Shown here: positions 12,067-26,267 of the stretch, one piece after another
How positions within the stretch are numbered: the first letter of the stretch is position 1
Layout of the letters: every line of letters begins with the position of its first letter
The notes under the pieces: generated by a model
Databases searched by the model: none
What the model was told of the DNA's origin: nothing
What the model saw: only the letters and a program-made list of their open reading frames with translations
Program-made: the position numbers and the translations under genes
Assembly (NCBI RefSeq): GCF_004010195.1
Contig: NC_057718.1
Location: 52,913,709 to 52,977,708 of the forward strand
Direction of reading: 5' to 3'
DNA from: Chiloscyllium plagiosum
Taxonomy: Eukaryota
Length of the DNA stretch: 64,000 bases

Positions 12067-12419
12067 GGATTCTTTTTGGATCTGTAATATGTTGATCAAC
12101 TTGTTTGCATTCCATTTCAATGTCTGGATCCATCCTAGAAGAACTAAGCATTTTTAATGTACCTGCTGAGGCAAAATCTCAGAAGATTATTGAATATACG
12201 ATGACGTTATAATCGTAATAGTATAGATGTTGAAATCTAACTGTAAGAATGGATACAAGGACCTGAAAAATGGCTCCCAGAAGTTACAGGACTGCTCCCA
12301 TTGATTCCCTACAGACAAGGAAAATCGGACAGATCATTGTGATTTCTCAGCATCATTCACAATGGGAAATGTTTACAATTTGATTGCCCTTTGGATAACA
12401 AAATGGAGCATTCCAAAAG
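12067..12419 (+). pseudogene. Decayed exon encoding S6 end and C-linker of a CNBD-type channel
   Basis: Acceptor tttcAG (12065-66) and donor GTATGA (12420). The frame reads (G)ILFGSVIC*...LEELSIFNVPAEAKSQKIIEYTMTL*, resembling the C-linker motif (K/N)(L/V)P..L..RI..Y...W. Several stops. Confidence 0.5.
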
Positions 12420-12604
12420 GTATGAGAACTCAAAGCTTTTGAAAAAACAGGAGACTGCAAATGCACATCAGGAATTCCAGCCTTCCTTTGTTAAAAAATT
12501 GTTCATTGCCATTAACGTAGCAGACATTTTGTTTGGGTTGTGATAAGACAGAATGTGAGACACAATTTTGTTCAGAGATCCAAGAAGAACTTTGAGAGAC
12601 AAGA

Positions 12605-12606
<2 letters not shown>

Positions 12607-12636
<30 letters not shown>
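12607..12636. repeat. (AG)n microsatellite
   Basis: About 15 perfect AG units. Confidence 0.95.
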
Positions 12637-12640
<4 letters not shown>

Positions 12641-13181
12641 CAAAATAAAATGATTTTAAAAAAATGAAAACCAGCTGAAGGACTGTTTGCAGAACCAGGC
12701 TCACAAATCCAAAACCTACAGTGCTATAGAAAGTCAGAAAAGCAAACTTCCTCACAGAACTTGTTCACCTGTCGACATTTACTGAAACCATTGCAGCTGC
12801 TGAATTCTGGCTCCATGTTTTCAGAAAGAGAAAGCATCAAATAAACCAGCCCGGCAATGATACTAAGGAATTGACCTTAATTTTGCCTTTATAAGTATAT
12901 TTTCTCTATGCCTATTTTTAATCTTTGTATCCATTTTCTTTGCTAATAATACTATCATGGTTGACTAAAATCTTTCAGCAAAGCTAAGTCATAAACTAAC
13001 CTTTGATATTGCTTTTAATGAAAGCTTTACTATTGTCGATTAAGTATGCTATAAAAATTTGTAGCTCGTAGGTACTTCAAGAATATGCTGAGTGCAATTG
13101 TGACATTCTTTTTTATACCAGTATATTGGTATGGATTAATTGAAGTCTATTTTATATATTTTGGAAGCATCAAATACTGTG

Positions 13182-13307
13182 CCTGATGAAGGGATTTTGC
13201 CCGAAATGTTGATTCTCCTGCTCCTCGGATGCTGCCTGACCTGTTGTGCTTTTCCAGCACCACACTCTCGACTCTAATCTCCAGCATCTGCAGTCCTCAC
13301 TTTCTCC
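13182..13307 (+). mobile_element. Short PLE-terminal repeat beginning with a hammerhead core
   Basis: cCTGATGAagggattttgcccGAAAtgttgatt followed by the conserved body ctcctgctcctcggatgctgcctgacctg...ccagcatctgcagtcctcactttctcc. Confidence 0.85.
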
Positions 13308-13458
13308 TATATCATACATAATAGCTTGGATATGTAAATTGATGTATTATATATTATTTTTACAGTGGAAAGAATGTTTCCACAGTAGCAAGGATAAATA
13401 CTAAGGCAAAGAAAGAGATATTAGAAGGAATGATTAAAAATAAAACTTGGCTAAAAAT

Positions 13459-14988
13459 TTAAAAATCACACAACACCAGGTTATAGTCCAACAGGTTTAA
13501 TTGGAAGCACACTAGCTTTTGGAGCGACGCTCCTTCATCAGGTGATTGTGGAGGGCTCGATCGTAACACAGAATTTATAGAAAAAATTAGCAGTGTGATG
13601 TAACTGAAATTATACATTGAAGAATTGATTGTCTGTTAAGTCTTTCATCTGTTAGAATAAAGTGATAGTTTCACTTCTTTCATGTGTAAATCACAAAACC
13701 CTTTTTTTTTAAAGTTGCATTCCCGGAATAGCTGTTAACAATGGTGATAGCAAGACAATATGTTGAAGGTGTTAGCCCCCTGTGTTCTCTGTCTATGACC
13801 TGATGTTTCGATTGATTCTAATCTAAAAAGTGAAATAACAGAGTTTTACATAAATTCATGCTGTTTTTGAGCTCAGAGTTCTACATGAATGTATGCAGTT
13901 TTTGAGCAAAGTGCAATGTAACTCTGCAAGGACAAAAAAATTCACCACACAAAATATATATGTGCATGTGGGTCTTTGTCTGTCTGTGTGTGTGGGTTGG
14001 GGGTTGTGAGTGTGAGAAAGTATGTGTGTGTGTGTGTGTAGTGAGTGCAGAGTGTCTTAAGTCTGTGAGGAGATGCATGTGTGGGAGTGTGTGTGTCTAT
14101 AAGGGTGTGTGTGGATGTCTGTGTGTGCATCTGTGTGTACCTGTGTCCATGTGTATGTGAGAGTGTGTGTGTGTAGGAATATCTGTGTGTGTAGTGCAAT
14201 GGTGATCACCTGTAATGTGACATGAACCCAAGGTCCCAGTTGAGGCCCTCCCTATGGGTACTGAACTTAGCTATCAGCCTCTGCTCGGCCACTTTCCTCT
14301 GCTGCCTGTCCCAAAGTTCACCTTGGAGGATGGTCACCCGACGGTCCGAGGCTGAATGTCCTGGACCACTGAAGTGTTCCCCAACTGGGAGGGAACTCTC
14401 CTGTCTGATGATTGTTGTGCGGTGCCCATTCATCCGTTGTCGTAGCCTTTGCTCGGTTTCCCCAATGTACCATACCTCCGGGCATCCTTGCCTGCAATGT
14501 ATAAGATAGACAACGTTGGCTGAGTCATATGAGTACCTGCCATGTACAAGGTGGGAGGTGTCCCCACGCGTAATAGTGGTATCTATGGCCACAATCTGAC
14601 ACGTCTTGCAGCGTCCACCGTGACAGGGTTGTATGGAGTTGTCCTGAGAGCTGGGCAGTTTGCTACGAACAATGATCTATTTGAGGTTTGGCAGTTGTTT
14701 AAAGGCAAGTAGTGGAGGTGTGGGGAAGGTCTTGGTGAGGTGCTCATCCTCATTGATAATGTGTTGCAGGTCACGAAGAACATGGCGCAATTTTTCAGCC
14801 CCTGGGAAGCACTGAACAACGAAGGGTACCCTGTCAGTTGCAGCCCGTGTCTGTCTCCTGAGGAGGTCATTATGGTTCCTTGCTGTGGCACGTCGGAACT
14901 GGCGGTCGATGAGTTGAGCATCGTACCCCGTTCTTGTGAGGGCATCCTTGAGTACCTCCAGGTGTCCATCACGTTCTTCCTCATCTGA
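13459..14988 (-). mobile_element. 5'-truncated Penelope-like element: GIY-YIG domain, CA-rich 3' region and terminal hammerhead
   Basis: ORF 14206-14592 reads VVYLIHCRQGCPEVWYIGETEQRLRQRMNGHR...EHF...AEQRLI...GLN. Minus-strand hammerhead cac-CTGATGA-aggagcgtcgctcc-aAAA-gcta-gtg at 13508-13544. Flanking GCTAAAAAT at 13450-13458 and 14989-14997. Confidence 0.92.
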
Positions 14989-16199
14989 GCTAAAAATGTT
15001 ATTTTTAGTAGGATCTTAATAGTGGAGGAAGGAAATTCAAGATGCCAACGTGATAAAGGTTGCTGGAGCCATGGACACTGTATTGTTGGAAAACATATTA
15101 GAAAGTAACAAGATTTTTTTCCCTAACTTAAAGGATCTTATGCACCTCGAAAGGAAGGACCTTGATCGACTTATTTATTAACTGATCCCTGCAGTTTAAC
15201 ATTCTGGGGAGGAAAACAAATGTAATTTTACAACAGACATAAGGTTGACAAGCAATTTTAATATTGCTAGAAATACTTAGCACAAAGATTTACTGACATT
15301 TTCTGTCTTTCTTCAGTTCTGATTTAAGGTCATGACTTGAAATATTAATCTTGCTTCTCTCCACAGATGTGGTCTGACCTGTTAAGTATTTCCAGCACTT
15401 TTTTTTGTTTTCATTTAACCTCTAGCATTCATAATGTTTGCTTTTTAATGAGTCTTTTAAAGTGTGACATTTCTTCTCCAGGAATGCCTATCTTGAAGAT
15501 GTTCTGCCATTTTTTTTTTCTGGTAAGATTTTAGCTTGTCCTCTCTAAATGTGGTATTTTCTTTGCTCTCCATGTTTTATTGCGTTTCTTTAAAACAAAA
15601 CTACTTCCACAGCCGAATTTCCTTTCTCAGCAACTGCCTTATTTCCCATGAATTCCAAAAATAACTCCACCCTCCCTGTTATGGTTACAGTTTGCCAGGA
15701 TGTCTACAATTCCTCAAAGTACTTCTGTTACTTCACATCCAAAGGTGTACTTTCAGTGCCACGGAAACCCTTGATATCTCCTTAAGTAACACCAACTCAT
15801 TCTATCTCAAAGTTTGTCCCAGCCCATAGTTTTATTTCATCATTACCCTTATCCAGTCCTTCAACAAATTCATTTCAAGTGTGAGGGATTACAAATTTCA
15901 CCAAATTGTGGCTGCAAATGCTTCTCCGGTTCCATCCCTTTCCTCCAGCTCCATCTCTTCCTGGAAAATGGCCCAACAAAAACATAATGCAGCAATTGAA
16001 AATTTTATGACCAACCTAATTGGACCAATACATCAACCAACACAGATAGCCTGGTGGGAAACAGCCTTGATTTTAGTGAGCACTGAATTCTATCTTAACT
16101 TGCTTAAATATTCTCTGGGTGATACTGGGCCCCAGGCAGACTGAGTAAGGGTGGGGCAACTGAAAGCATACTACCAATAGGAAAAATATGGAAGTAGTT

Positions 16200-17930
16200 G
16201 CCATTTTGCAAAATTTCCCTGATGACAGCAAGAGGTCTGTAGGTGAGAGCAAGATACTGTCCACATGACAGAAGGCCTTGGTTTTAGTTATATGAGTCAC
16301 TGTGCCTGAAAAATGCTATATTATGAAAACACCCAATATGACTACTTTTAAAAGTAAATCTGCACTGCAAATGTCTTCCTTTGGGGAAGTCACATACCAA
16401 GACAAACAATATAATATAATTGACTTTATCTTGGACACAGGGGCTCAAGTCACTATTTTGTCAGATAAACTTAAGTCACTAATGGAGCTTACAACATTTA
16501 TTTGTAGAACTGCATGACCTAGGAGGAAGGCCAGTGTCAATAATGTTAAGACCGAAAGACAGGAATTTGTGAAAATACAACCAGGCATGTTAGCTGCTCA
16601 GCAAAAGAGCCTGCATATACTTCAACTTCATCCTTAAACTTTATATAGTTCTCAGATAGAAAACAGAAAATGAGCTTAATTGATAATGTTGAAAGTTCCT
16701 TAAAAACTGAACACTGTGTACCACAGCACAATGGTATACAGGTGACCAAACCTGCCTGCTTGTTCACAGCCAGGAAGATTCCACATTCACTTAAAACCAA
16801 GGTACAAACAGAAACTGAAGCCATGCTTCAACATTTCAAATGTCACCCAATGGCCCAATAGGCTGTGTAGTGTTTGCCCATTGTGCTAGTTCCCAAACCA
16901 GACAGATCCATGAGAATTTGTATTGACTTCTTGCATTTGAACAAGTCAGTGCACAGATTGATATGTCCAAAGATATCTATAAACAAGAGATAAGCCAAAT
17001 ATACAAACATTGCATTTTTCACCAAACTGTTCCTGAACACTGGCTTCTGACACCTTGTACTAAGTGAGGAGACCAAACTGCTGACCACATCTAAAACATC
17101 ATATAACAATTATTGTTTTAGACATTATATCTGGACTTCAGATTTTCCAATGGAACATGTCAAACACAATAGAAGATATAGAAGATATTGTATGCCACAT
17201 TAATTACAGTCTTATTCATGGGTTCACGAAAACACAACATGATGAAAAGTTAGGGAGATCCTTGAGAAAGCTACAGGAGATTGGGTTGACATTTAATGAC
17301 AAGTGTGAATTCTCAAAGCAATGACTAAGTTCTTGAGTCATATTAGTTCAGCACCAAGGGTCATGGCAGACCTATAGAAAATAGAAGCCGTCAGAACATT
17401 TCCATCAATTCAGAGTATTATGGAATTTGAATGACTGATGGCAATAGTGAACCAGGTTGGTGGGAGGGAGTTCTTACCAAACCTAGCACAAGTTAATGCA
17501 TCTCTCAGCCATCTTTCACAACAAAGGTAGGCATAGCACTTGATGAAACATCAACAGCACTTATCTGAGTGAATCAAAGGTAAACATATATCATTTTAAA
17601 CCTTTTTTTGTATTATAACCCTGACGTTCCAAAACTTATAGAAGTGGATGCGTCATCTCCAGACTGAGAACAGTTTTATTTTAAATTCCATGGGATGAGA
17701 TCACATGGCTAATCTGCAGCATTTCCAATGCTCTGACTAACACAAAGCAAAGATATATTGTTATTCAGAAAGAAACAGTCACAGCGAGTTAGGCATGCAA
17801 GAAATTCTTTATTAGAGTCAAAATTGACACCGCACACAAGCTGTTGATTGCATGAATTAACAAAAAAGGAACTTGCGAATATGTCCCCCAGAATCCAAGC
17901 ATCTTGTTAGCAGTTGATGTGGTATGACAC
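16200..17930 (+). mobile_element. Degraded Gypsy/Ty3 gag-pol remnant
   Basis: Protease FILDTGAQVTILSD (D at 16434), ARKIPHSLKTKV, RT segment PIVLVPKPDRSMRICIDF (about 16878-16930), LTFNDKCEF and RNase H start EVDASS (about 17641). Confidence 0.85.
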
Positions 17931-17934
17931 ATTT

Positions 17935-18292
17935 GTGTTAGGAAATTGTTGGAATCTACAATCAAGGATGGGGTAACATAAAACCTTGATAATTTTCAGT
18001 TAATCAGAGAGAACCAGCGTGGATTCATGACATGCCTGACCACCTTTCTGAAGATTTTAAAGAGTTGACTCAGGCAGTGGACTGAGGAATGGCTCTGAAT
18101 ATTGTTTGTATGGACTTCAAGAGGGCAATTGATAAAGTTCCACAAAAGAGATTTTTAACTCAGGTAGAAGCCCAAAGGATGGAGGGCAAATTACAGAGAT
18201 GGCTGGGAAGCTGGATGAGAATTGGCAGGATGTGACCAGTGGTGTGCCACAAGGATCCATATTCAGGCCTCAATTATTCATATTGGTTGTTA
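17935..18292 (+). mobile_element. CR1 RT fragment
   Basis: MDFKRAIDKVPQ and WQDVTSGVPQGSIFRPQLF motifs. Confidence 0.8.
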
Positions 18293-18294
18293 AC

Positions 18295-18715
18295 AAAATA
18301 GAAATCAAAAGAACTGTGATTGCTGGAAATCATGAACAAAAAGAGAAATTGCTGGAAAACTTCAGCAGCTCCGGCAGCATTTGTGGAGAGAAGTCAAAGT
18401 TAACATTTTGGGTACAGTGACCCTTCCTCAGAACTGATGGTAGCTAGGAAAGGTTGTTTTTTTTTAATGCAGAAGATAGGGTGAGGGGGGTTGGAGGTAG
18501 GTAAGATGTAAATGATAGGTGAAGATCGAGCTCAAGGAGAGAGAAGAGCAGTTGTCCATTCAAAGGATTGATAACAATCAGCCTGGGAGAATGGATAGCT
18601 ATTAGTAGACAATTCATGGTTAACGATGGGTGGTGTGTAAAAGCAAACCATATGATAAGCAGGCCTGGTGTGGGAGGCCTGAAGCAGTAGCAATAAAAAA
18701 AGCACAAGGATTAAG
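18295..18715 (-). mobile_element. PLE 3'-terminal fragment with degenerate hammerhead
   Basis: Minus strand ttCTGAGGAagggtcactgtaccc-aAAA-tgttaac at about 18400-18433, plus the same body as the other hammerhead repeats. Confidence 0.7.
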
Positions 18716-20311
18716 CTGACAAGCTATAAGAATACATTCTCAATCACGGTCTGTTTTTCAAGAAAGAATGGAAGAGAATGAAGGTGCCGTTGATGCTGAC
18801 GATTTTTTGGAAGATGAGGTCTTGGATTTTCCCGTACTTTTTGAGGATGGCAGCAATAGTGCTGAAGCTTTTGCTGTCTCTTTTGAGGAGATTCAGTTTC
18901 TTGGTAAAAAAGATACATTGTCTGCCAAACCCACAAAGGACATAAAATGCACCAACAGCAACAGCTGCAGTAACCACAATCAGAGTTAGGAATTCCTTCC
19001 TATGATGGAGGAGAGGGAGAAACAGACTGACATCCTGAGGTCTCAGCTGTCAACAGACGCAACACAACACCTGTTAGAGATTGATGAGACCTTGGCAAAG
19101 ATTCAGGAGACTTAACTGAATGTAAAGGTTCTCCCAATACTGCAGGCAATGCACAATGACACAAATTGTAGAAGGCTTAACATTTAAAGAGACAGCAGCT
19201 GAAGAGGCACTTATTGTAGCTGAATCACAAACAAACATCAACAAAGCTTCAGAATTTTCCACAGGCAGCAGGATAGCCACAATATTTGAAAAGTCTCTGA
19301 TTATAGAGTTAGAACTGGATGAAGAAAGTCTTGGAGCTTCAATGTGGACTCAAGAGTGCTCATAACATCTCACCCCTACTGGCAGAAATCAACTGTATGT
19401 ACGAGAAGCTAATAATGATGGGCAAAGAATGTATTAAAGTGAGAATAATCCTTTTGTGAGTGAACAGTAACAGGCTTTATTGAACATAGTTAAACATAAA
19501 GGATGGTAAAGGAGCACACCACAGTTGAATACTTGAATACTATGGAGACATGATCTGACAGCTCTATGAATCTGCTCCCTTTACACATACTCAGAGGCTA
19601 GACATGGAATGAATGAGCAATTCCCTTTTATCTACATCTCCCCTCCACTTTACAGAACCTTTTCAGCAATAACTTTTAATTATAAACATTTAATACGCTT
19701 CCTCCAAACCTAAACCCAGCAAATTTCTTGTGCTTCAGAGACTGATCTCCAATTGCATTTTGAGTTCTTAAAAAACTTTCAGGACATATGTGCTCTCTCG
19801 CTATTTTCATGGTGAGCACATTGATGGAGGGGAATGACAGCTCCTGATGATCCACATAAAGACTTGAATTAAGTGAAAACCAATTAAGAAAGACAAGAAT
19901 GAGAATTTCAATTCATTGTTTTCCTCTTCATTGATTATTAGGTGCTTGAGGATTGCTTTTTGAAACAGCTTTTGTTTAATTGATCTTCATCACATTTTCA
20001 TCCATGTCATTGTAATTATCACAGCTCAGGTAAGAAGCTGCTATCACATTCTACCACAATGCTTACCATCTACAGAGATGATCAGTGAGCATGCATTCAA
20101 TACCCCTTCCCCAGAGAGCTGAGAATGATGTTGCAAATTGATGCTTTTGGTGAAACAAACATGAGAGGGGAGCAGGAGTTAGGTGAGGCTATTGATTAAG
20201 GTCAGTGTGACCTCTGTGGAGATGTAGTGTGAAGGGTTAATAGCACTAAAAGCTCTGACAATAACTGCTGAGTATGTGCATATGGGTTTTTCTGAGATTT
20301 AATGGAACTGA

Positions 20312-21430
20312 GAGCTGATGGAAGAGTGGTCAAAAAGGCATAAGGCATGCTTTCCTTCATTGGACAGGTTATTAAGCACAAGAGTTGGCAGGCCATGTTA
20401 CAGTTGTCTAAGACTTTGGTTCAGCCATGTTTGGAATTCTGGGTAAAATTCTGGTCGCCACATTACCAAAAGGATATGGATGCTTTGGGGAGAATGCAGA
20501 GGAGGTACACCAAGCCTGGTATGGAGAGTGTTAACTATGAGGGGAGTTCAGATTATTTTCATTAGAAAGACTGGGGTTGAATGGGTGTGGTGAAACGGTT
20601 AAAAATTATGTCCCAATACATGTGTGAATCTAACCGGAATGGAGGTGTTGCTTAGTCCCGTGTGAATCTTATTACACACCTCCCCGTGTGAATCTTCTTA
20701 TCTGTATGTAACCAGAATGGAATGTGTTTTTTAGCCTTGCTCTGCTGTTCACATGAATATTTATATCTGGAAAAGAGTATATCAGCTGGAAAAGTCTCCA
20801 GTTCGGTGAGTCTGCTCCGGGGTTACGTTTAACCGCCGAGCGTGGGTTGTTGGCAACCGCTCTACGAGAACTGACGGCTCCCAGTTCCGGTAACATGTAG
20901 AGTGAGTATAAGCCAGACCCGTTGTAAGTATGAGACCTGGTTGTGGCGACGCTGCGGGGAATAAAATGCTCATATTCTAGCAGACTCGCCTCTTGGTCGT
21001 TTGTTCTGTGTCAGACTACTCTCCTACGAACCTGACCTTGAGAATTTTTTAAAACAAGGGGGACTGATTGAGGTCTACAAAATCATGCGAGATATAGACA
21101 AGGTGGTTGCAGGAAGCTTTATCCCAGAGTGGAGGACTCAATTACTAGGGGTCATGAGTTCAAGGTGAGAGGGGAAACATTTAAGGAAGATATGTGTAGA
21201 AATTTCTTTACACAGAGGCGGTGGGTGCCTGGAATGCATTGCCAGCAGAGATGGTAGAGGTGAGCACAATAACATCATTTAAGATGTATCTGGACAGATA
21301 TATGAATGGGCAGGGAGCAGAGGGATACAGATCCTTAGAAAATAGGCAAAAGGTTTAGATAGAGGATCTGGATCAATGCAGACTTGGAGGGTTGAAGGGC
21401 CTGTTCCTGTGCTGCAATTTTCTTTATTCA
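20312..21430 (+). mobile_element. CR1 3' portion split by a solo LTR
   Basis: ORF 20347-20565 reads KTLVQPCLEFWVKFWSPHYQKD. CR1 sequence resumes at 21057 (gactgattgaggtctacaaaatcatg...actaggggtcat) and ends in a gaagggcctgttcctgtgctg tail. Confidence 0.9.
20586..21056 (+). mobile_element. Solo LTR (471 bp)
   Basis: Starts TGT and ends ACA, cleanly interrupts a CR1 fragment, and has flanks tggg/aggg (imperfect 4-bp TSD). AATAAA at 20960-20965 and abundant CpG. Confidence 0.75.
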
Positions 21431-21599
21431 TTTTTCTTTGTGAATCAAGCTCCTACACATGATAGAGTCCTCCTGAGTCCTCCACAGAATCATTTTCTGC
21501 CATTTTCACCAGTTAAATTGTGATGTCACCACAAAACACATCTTCTTGTGCCCTCTGCTTTCAGTAATACAAAGAAATCATGTCTCTGTGACACCTTAG

Positions 21600-21860
21600 T
21601 TAATTCCTCACACCCTTAAACTCCTTTCCTTTCTCAACATGTCCTTCCCTGAAAGTGTAGGAGATGCAATACTTATCCTTTCATTGTTCCCATTTCAACA
21701 TCCAACACCCTAAACACTCCTTCCAAATTACACATCAACTTACTTGCTATTATTTCATTTTTTTAGACTGTATTGAATTTTCACAGTGTGGTTTTATCCA
21801 CACTGGGGTGATCAAAATAAGATTGGTGAACAATTTACAAACATCTCTATTTACTCTGCA
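21600..21860 (+). mobile_element. Ancient PLE GIY-YIG remnant
   Basis: ORF 21664 reads ...FLDCIEFSQCGFIHTGVIKIRL, resembling the YCI.CS.CG..YIGET.RRL pattern. Confidence 0.55.
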
Positions 21861-23019
21861 CGCATTTTCACGTGAGGCTTGTACAACATATGGCCTATCA
21901 TGCTTAACATCAGCTGGTGCTTCTAAAGGGGTAGTGCATTTTGTCTGCAGCAGATGCTACACGTGATGGGAGGAATGTTTGAGCAGTAAGAACATTCAAT
22001 ATTGGCTTAATATAACAGGAAGCACATTCCAAGTATGTAAAGATAAGTCCTGGTGGTTTTTGTGCAAGGGTTGAAGAAAGACAGATCCTCAAACCAGAGG
22101 CTTTCCAGTAGATGCATCAAAGTTAATAGAAGCAGATATCTGTCATTGTCAATGTCAGCAGTTTAGAATTAACATTGCAAGAAATTCAACATATCCATGT
22201 GAGTTGTCAAAAGAGAGTAAATGCATCTTCAAATGCCATATCCTGACAACTAAACCTTACACTCTACTGCATTCATCACCCCTGCTTCATCCAGGTACCA
22301 ACAAAATGTATAAATCAAGACTCATACCTCACATTCTTCCCTTCACATCACCCTCACATTCTTCCCTTCACATCACCCTCATACACTCCACACTGCTGTG
22401 AAGCTCACACATGCATACATCCTCCAGCTTCCACACATTGCCAGCTATTCAACAGGCAATATCATCAAACATATTGTACCCCATTGATACAATTGACTGA
22501 TACAATTTTTTCTCTTTTGCAGGATGCAAATGGTAAGGGACTGGTATGGCAGCATCTCATTTGGAGGAGATTTTGTGCACCTAACTAGTGATGACCAGTG
22601 ACAGAATGCATTGAAGATGTTACTGTGTTCAGACCGAACTATCCTTCTTGCATCCCAGATCTCATGTCAAAATTAACTCTCTCAGGTTCATATATGACAT
22701 CTCCACTACCCCAAGTTTTTTTTCTCTTCATTACTCATTTGTGTACATAACTACGTTTATTACTACCTCATCTTATCAAAGCCTCAAACTTGATAGTTCA
22801 AGGGATCTGGATGTTCAAATATTCTCCTCACACAGAGGTGGTGGATGCCTGGAATATATCCTCTATAGACTTGGAAGAATAGTAGTTTTTTTTTAAAGTA
22901 GAAAACTGGTGTCTTTGATTCCCTTCGTAACAGTTTGATGTCAACCTCTTTTCATAGCTAGCACCCTCCATACCAGGCAACATCCTGGTGAACCTCCACT
23001 GCACTCTCTCCAAAGTATG

Positions 23020-25700
23020 TCTCCCTTTAATTTTGAGAACTTTTAATCTCTTGCATTTTCTTCACAGAACATATCTTCCCCGCTGAAACAGGTAATTTCT
23101 CTTGCAGTATCTTGAATTTCCAAAACAGATAAGTTCATCTTTTCAGCATCTTGAATTGTTGAACATTGGTTATCCCTTGTCACTGATGACTTCCAGGGAA
23201 GCATATGCACCACATCTTCAATCCATGTCTGCAAATTTCTATTCTAAATCTTTTTGTAGATCTGTGCTGACATATGTAGACTTCCTACTTCATCTTGTTG
23301 ATTGGTTTGGACATTTTCATTTGCCCTCAGTAATTGCATGATTGGTGAAACCAATGTGTGCTCTTCCTCAGTTCTTCTATTTATAGATTGTTTCTTGCTT
23401 GGCATGTTCTCTGTCACACTTACTGAGGATTCTACTTGAACTTGTCTCTTCTCAGTCACCTCAGCATATAACATCATACTTGAATCTGTCATAACAATTT
23501 GTTCACCAAGCAGCATTGCACTCTTACATCAGTTATAGATTTGTCAGTTAGCTCAAGTGGGATGTATTGCTCATTTGCTTCCCCATTGATTGCACTCCTT
23601 GCAAACCTTGCTGATTCTTGCAATTCGAACTCTCTCTAGTGTTGATAGCAGTAGAAGCAACTCAAGTGAACCAATACAGTCACAAGTTCCTATCTTTTCA
23701 ATGATACAAAACAAATTTCTTATGCCAATCTCAATGGATTCCACTTTCTGTTTGGGTTCTATCATGAGTCTAAGAAATCTGCAAAATCCTCTTCTGGTTG
23801 CCCTTTGTCCAACTGTTCCTTGACTGTTTGATCCTTGGCTTAAATTAGTTGAATTCCTTCAGCTATTTGAAGAAGATTGAAACCGTGATACATAGAAATC
23901 TTGATTGTGAAAGGGCAAGAGATAGTCTACTATTTTGAGCCTATATTGGAGAACTGCACATGGCATATCTTTAATCTTAAGTGCAATGTCATCTGGACCG
24001 TGATGGTGCAATGTTATTGGCTATATTTTCTTAACCATTGCTCACAAACTGATTGCATAGTGGCACTCAGTCTAATGTTTAAATTGAAATTTATGAGGTA
24101 AGCCTTGAAATAATTGTCAGCTTCTCACAATATATCATCTTTTTTCCCTGAGAAATAATTTACTTATTTTTCTATTGCAGACTGTTCGACCTAATCTCTT
24201 TATGTGGGGAGCTATTTGACTTGCGTTTCTGTGACTGTGTCCTACATTGGCACTTCTTTTGTAAGTGACCCATTATGTCAGAGAGAAAGCATTCAACCTT
24301 GATAGCTGAGCACTATCTGGGGCCATAAGGTCTTTTTTGCTCCACAGTGCTCACAGAGAGCTTTAGTGTTTGCAGTCTGACCCACCTGCTGTACTGGTTT
24401 TCATGTGTGTTACTGTGATTTTTTACTTTAAGAATTGAAAACAGTCTGCTGATCTCCTGTGCCAAGGTTGTTCCTCTCTTAGGATGCTTCCAGACTTCTG
24501 AATGGATTTCCTTGGAGTCAGATTTTCTTTGGATGATAATAAATTTGACAACAAGTCATTAACAATTCCTAGATAAATTACATTTGTTTTGAAGTTAAAT
24601 CAGCCATTTGTTCACTAATCTACAGGGATCATTTGGTAAATCTTCTATAGATTCCCCTGTAACTGAACTCTCATATTCAATCTTGCTGCTTCAATAATTT
24701 TGAGGCTAGAGTAATTCTCAAAACCTTTCAATTGTTCTTCAGAAGTATCTGTCAGCTGTGCTCCCAATTGCATATAAGGATGCACTTGTTCTGATTTAGC
24801 ATGTAATTTCATAAACTATTCTATGTCATAAAAATTGTTTTCATGAAGATGTCCAATTCTGTGTTCTGTGTTGCCCATCTCTGAAATTCAATCTATCTGA
24901 AGATATTATTCCTGATGTCATGTCTTCCTAATGTGATTATTTATTTTCCTTGCAACAACAGCAGTGTGGTTATAGTGGAAACTTTTTCCATGCTTTGCAA
25001 GCAAAATGGAGGTGTTCCACTTTTCATGCCTAAAATGAAAGATTCCTACCTGTAGTGGCTAAAATAGATGATTCCTGCCTTTTCCCTAACTTCAGTGGAT
25101 GATTCTTGCTGTTTGTGCCTTTAATAAATGATGCTCATTCCATTAATAGCTTTCCTGAATGATCCTACTGCCTCAAGCTTGAACAAGCAATCTTTAATCA
25201 TGGTTTTATTAAATGACTCCCACTATCTGAGGCTTTAAGTCATAAATTGCATTTCTTTGGTATTCTTTTTCTGAATGATTTTCATCGAATGTGGCTGTAA
25301 TAGTAATTCCCTTTCTTTTACCCAGTTTTTATGGATGACACCTACACCTTGTGATTTAAATAATACCTCCTGTAATGTAGTTTTATGAAGGATTTCCCAC
25401 TGTTTCTGAGACCACAATAAACCTTCATAATTTGCACCTTTAGTTCAGACCTTTGATACCCAGGTCTAAAATCTCAGTGTAAGTTGCTTCAGTGGCTTCC
25501 ACTTTCTCTTGTTGGAGCTGTGCCTTATGGTGTCTGCCTCCTGTAGTGGTGATGCTCAATCTAAGTGGTAAGTCATTTTCCTTCTGTTTTGCTTTTACAG
25601 TCTATAATTATCTATCACATTTTAAAAATGTTTTTCAAAATGCACCCAAGATGTTATCTTTGCTGTGGAACTTTCAATATCTGCTCTCTGGCTGAAACCT
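23020..25700 (-). mobile_element. Possible decayed LTR-retrotransposon gag-like region
   Basis: Minus-strand coding-like composition with E/K-rich broken ORFs, and a CEHCG zinc-knuckle-like motif near 24340-24355. Family not established. Confidence 0.3.
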
Positions 25701-26267
25701 GACTCAGGACTGCTCCTATAGATGCATGCCACATGCTGCCAATTGTATCTGTCTTGATGTAACTAATTTTCCTTTTCCTGGGAGTTTCTGCCTCTCCTGC
25801 TACAGTGCATCTCCTACTAGTTGTGAAATGCTTCTATTTTTGATAATAAATTCTTCCTTATTGAAATGTGACATGATTGTTTCTACAGTGCGATATAAGG
25901 TGTGTGATTTATATGCATATTAATATTATTCAATTTTGGACTTTAAAGTTTGAACTAGTGGCATCTGTGTTTTCTGTGTTTTTGAAGGGGTTTAATGATT
26001 TAACTGTGAGTATTTTTATAGGCTTGGTGATTTTTTTAAAAATACAGCAATAGCAAGAAACCTCCTGCAAAGTAATGGGAACGTCTTTACATTGATCGAG
26101 CTTTTGAGTGAATTACGTAACAGTATATAGACTTTCACTTAGTCGATTCCAGAATTTGGGGTTTGGCGAATGATCAATAGCTTGGGGGAAAAATGTTTTT
26201 AAATCTTTGTTTGGGGTAGTTTGCTGAAATCTTGGCTATATAAAAATGTTGCTCCAAAGATAGGGAG

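Noticed and set aside
18768..19365. Acidic short ORFs (MEENEGAVDADD..., MTQIVEG...) as host exons
   Set aside because: No recognisable domain or clear splice context. More likely the antisense of a decayed retroelement, and the family could not be established.
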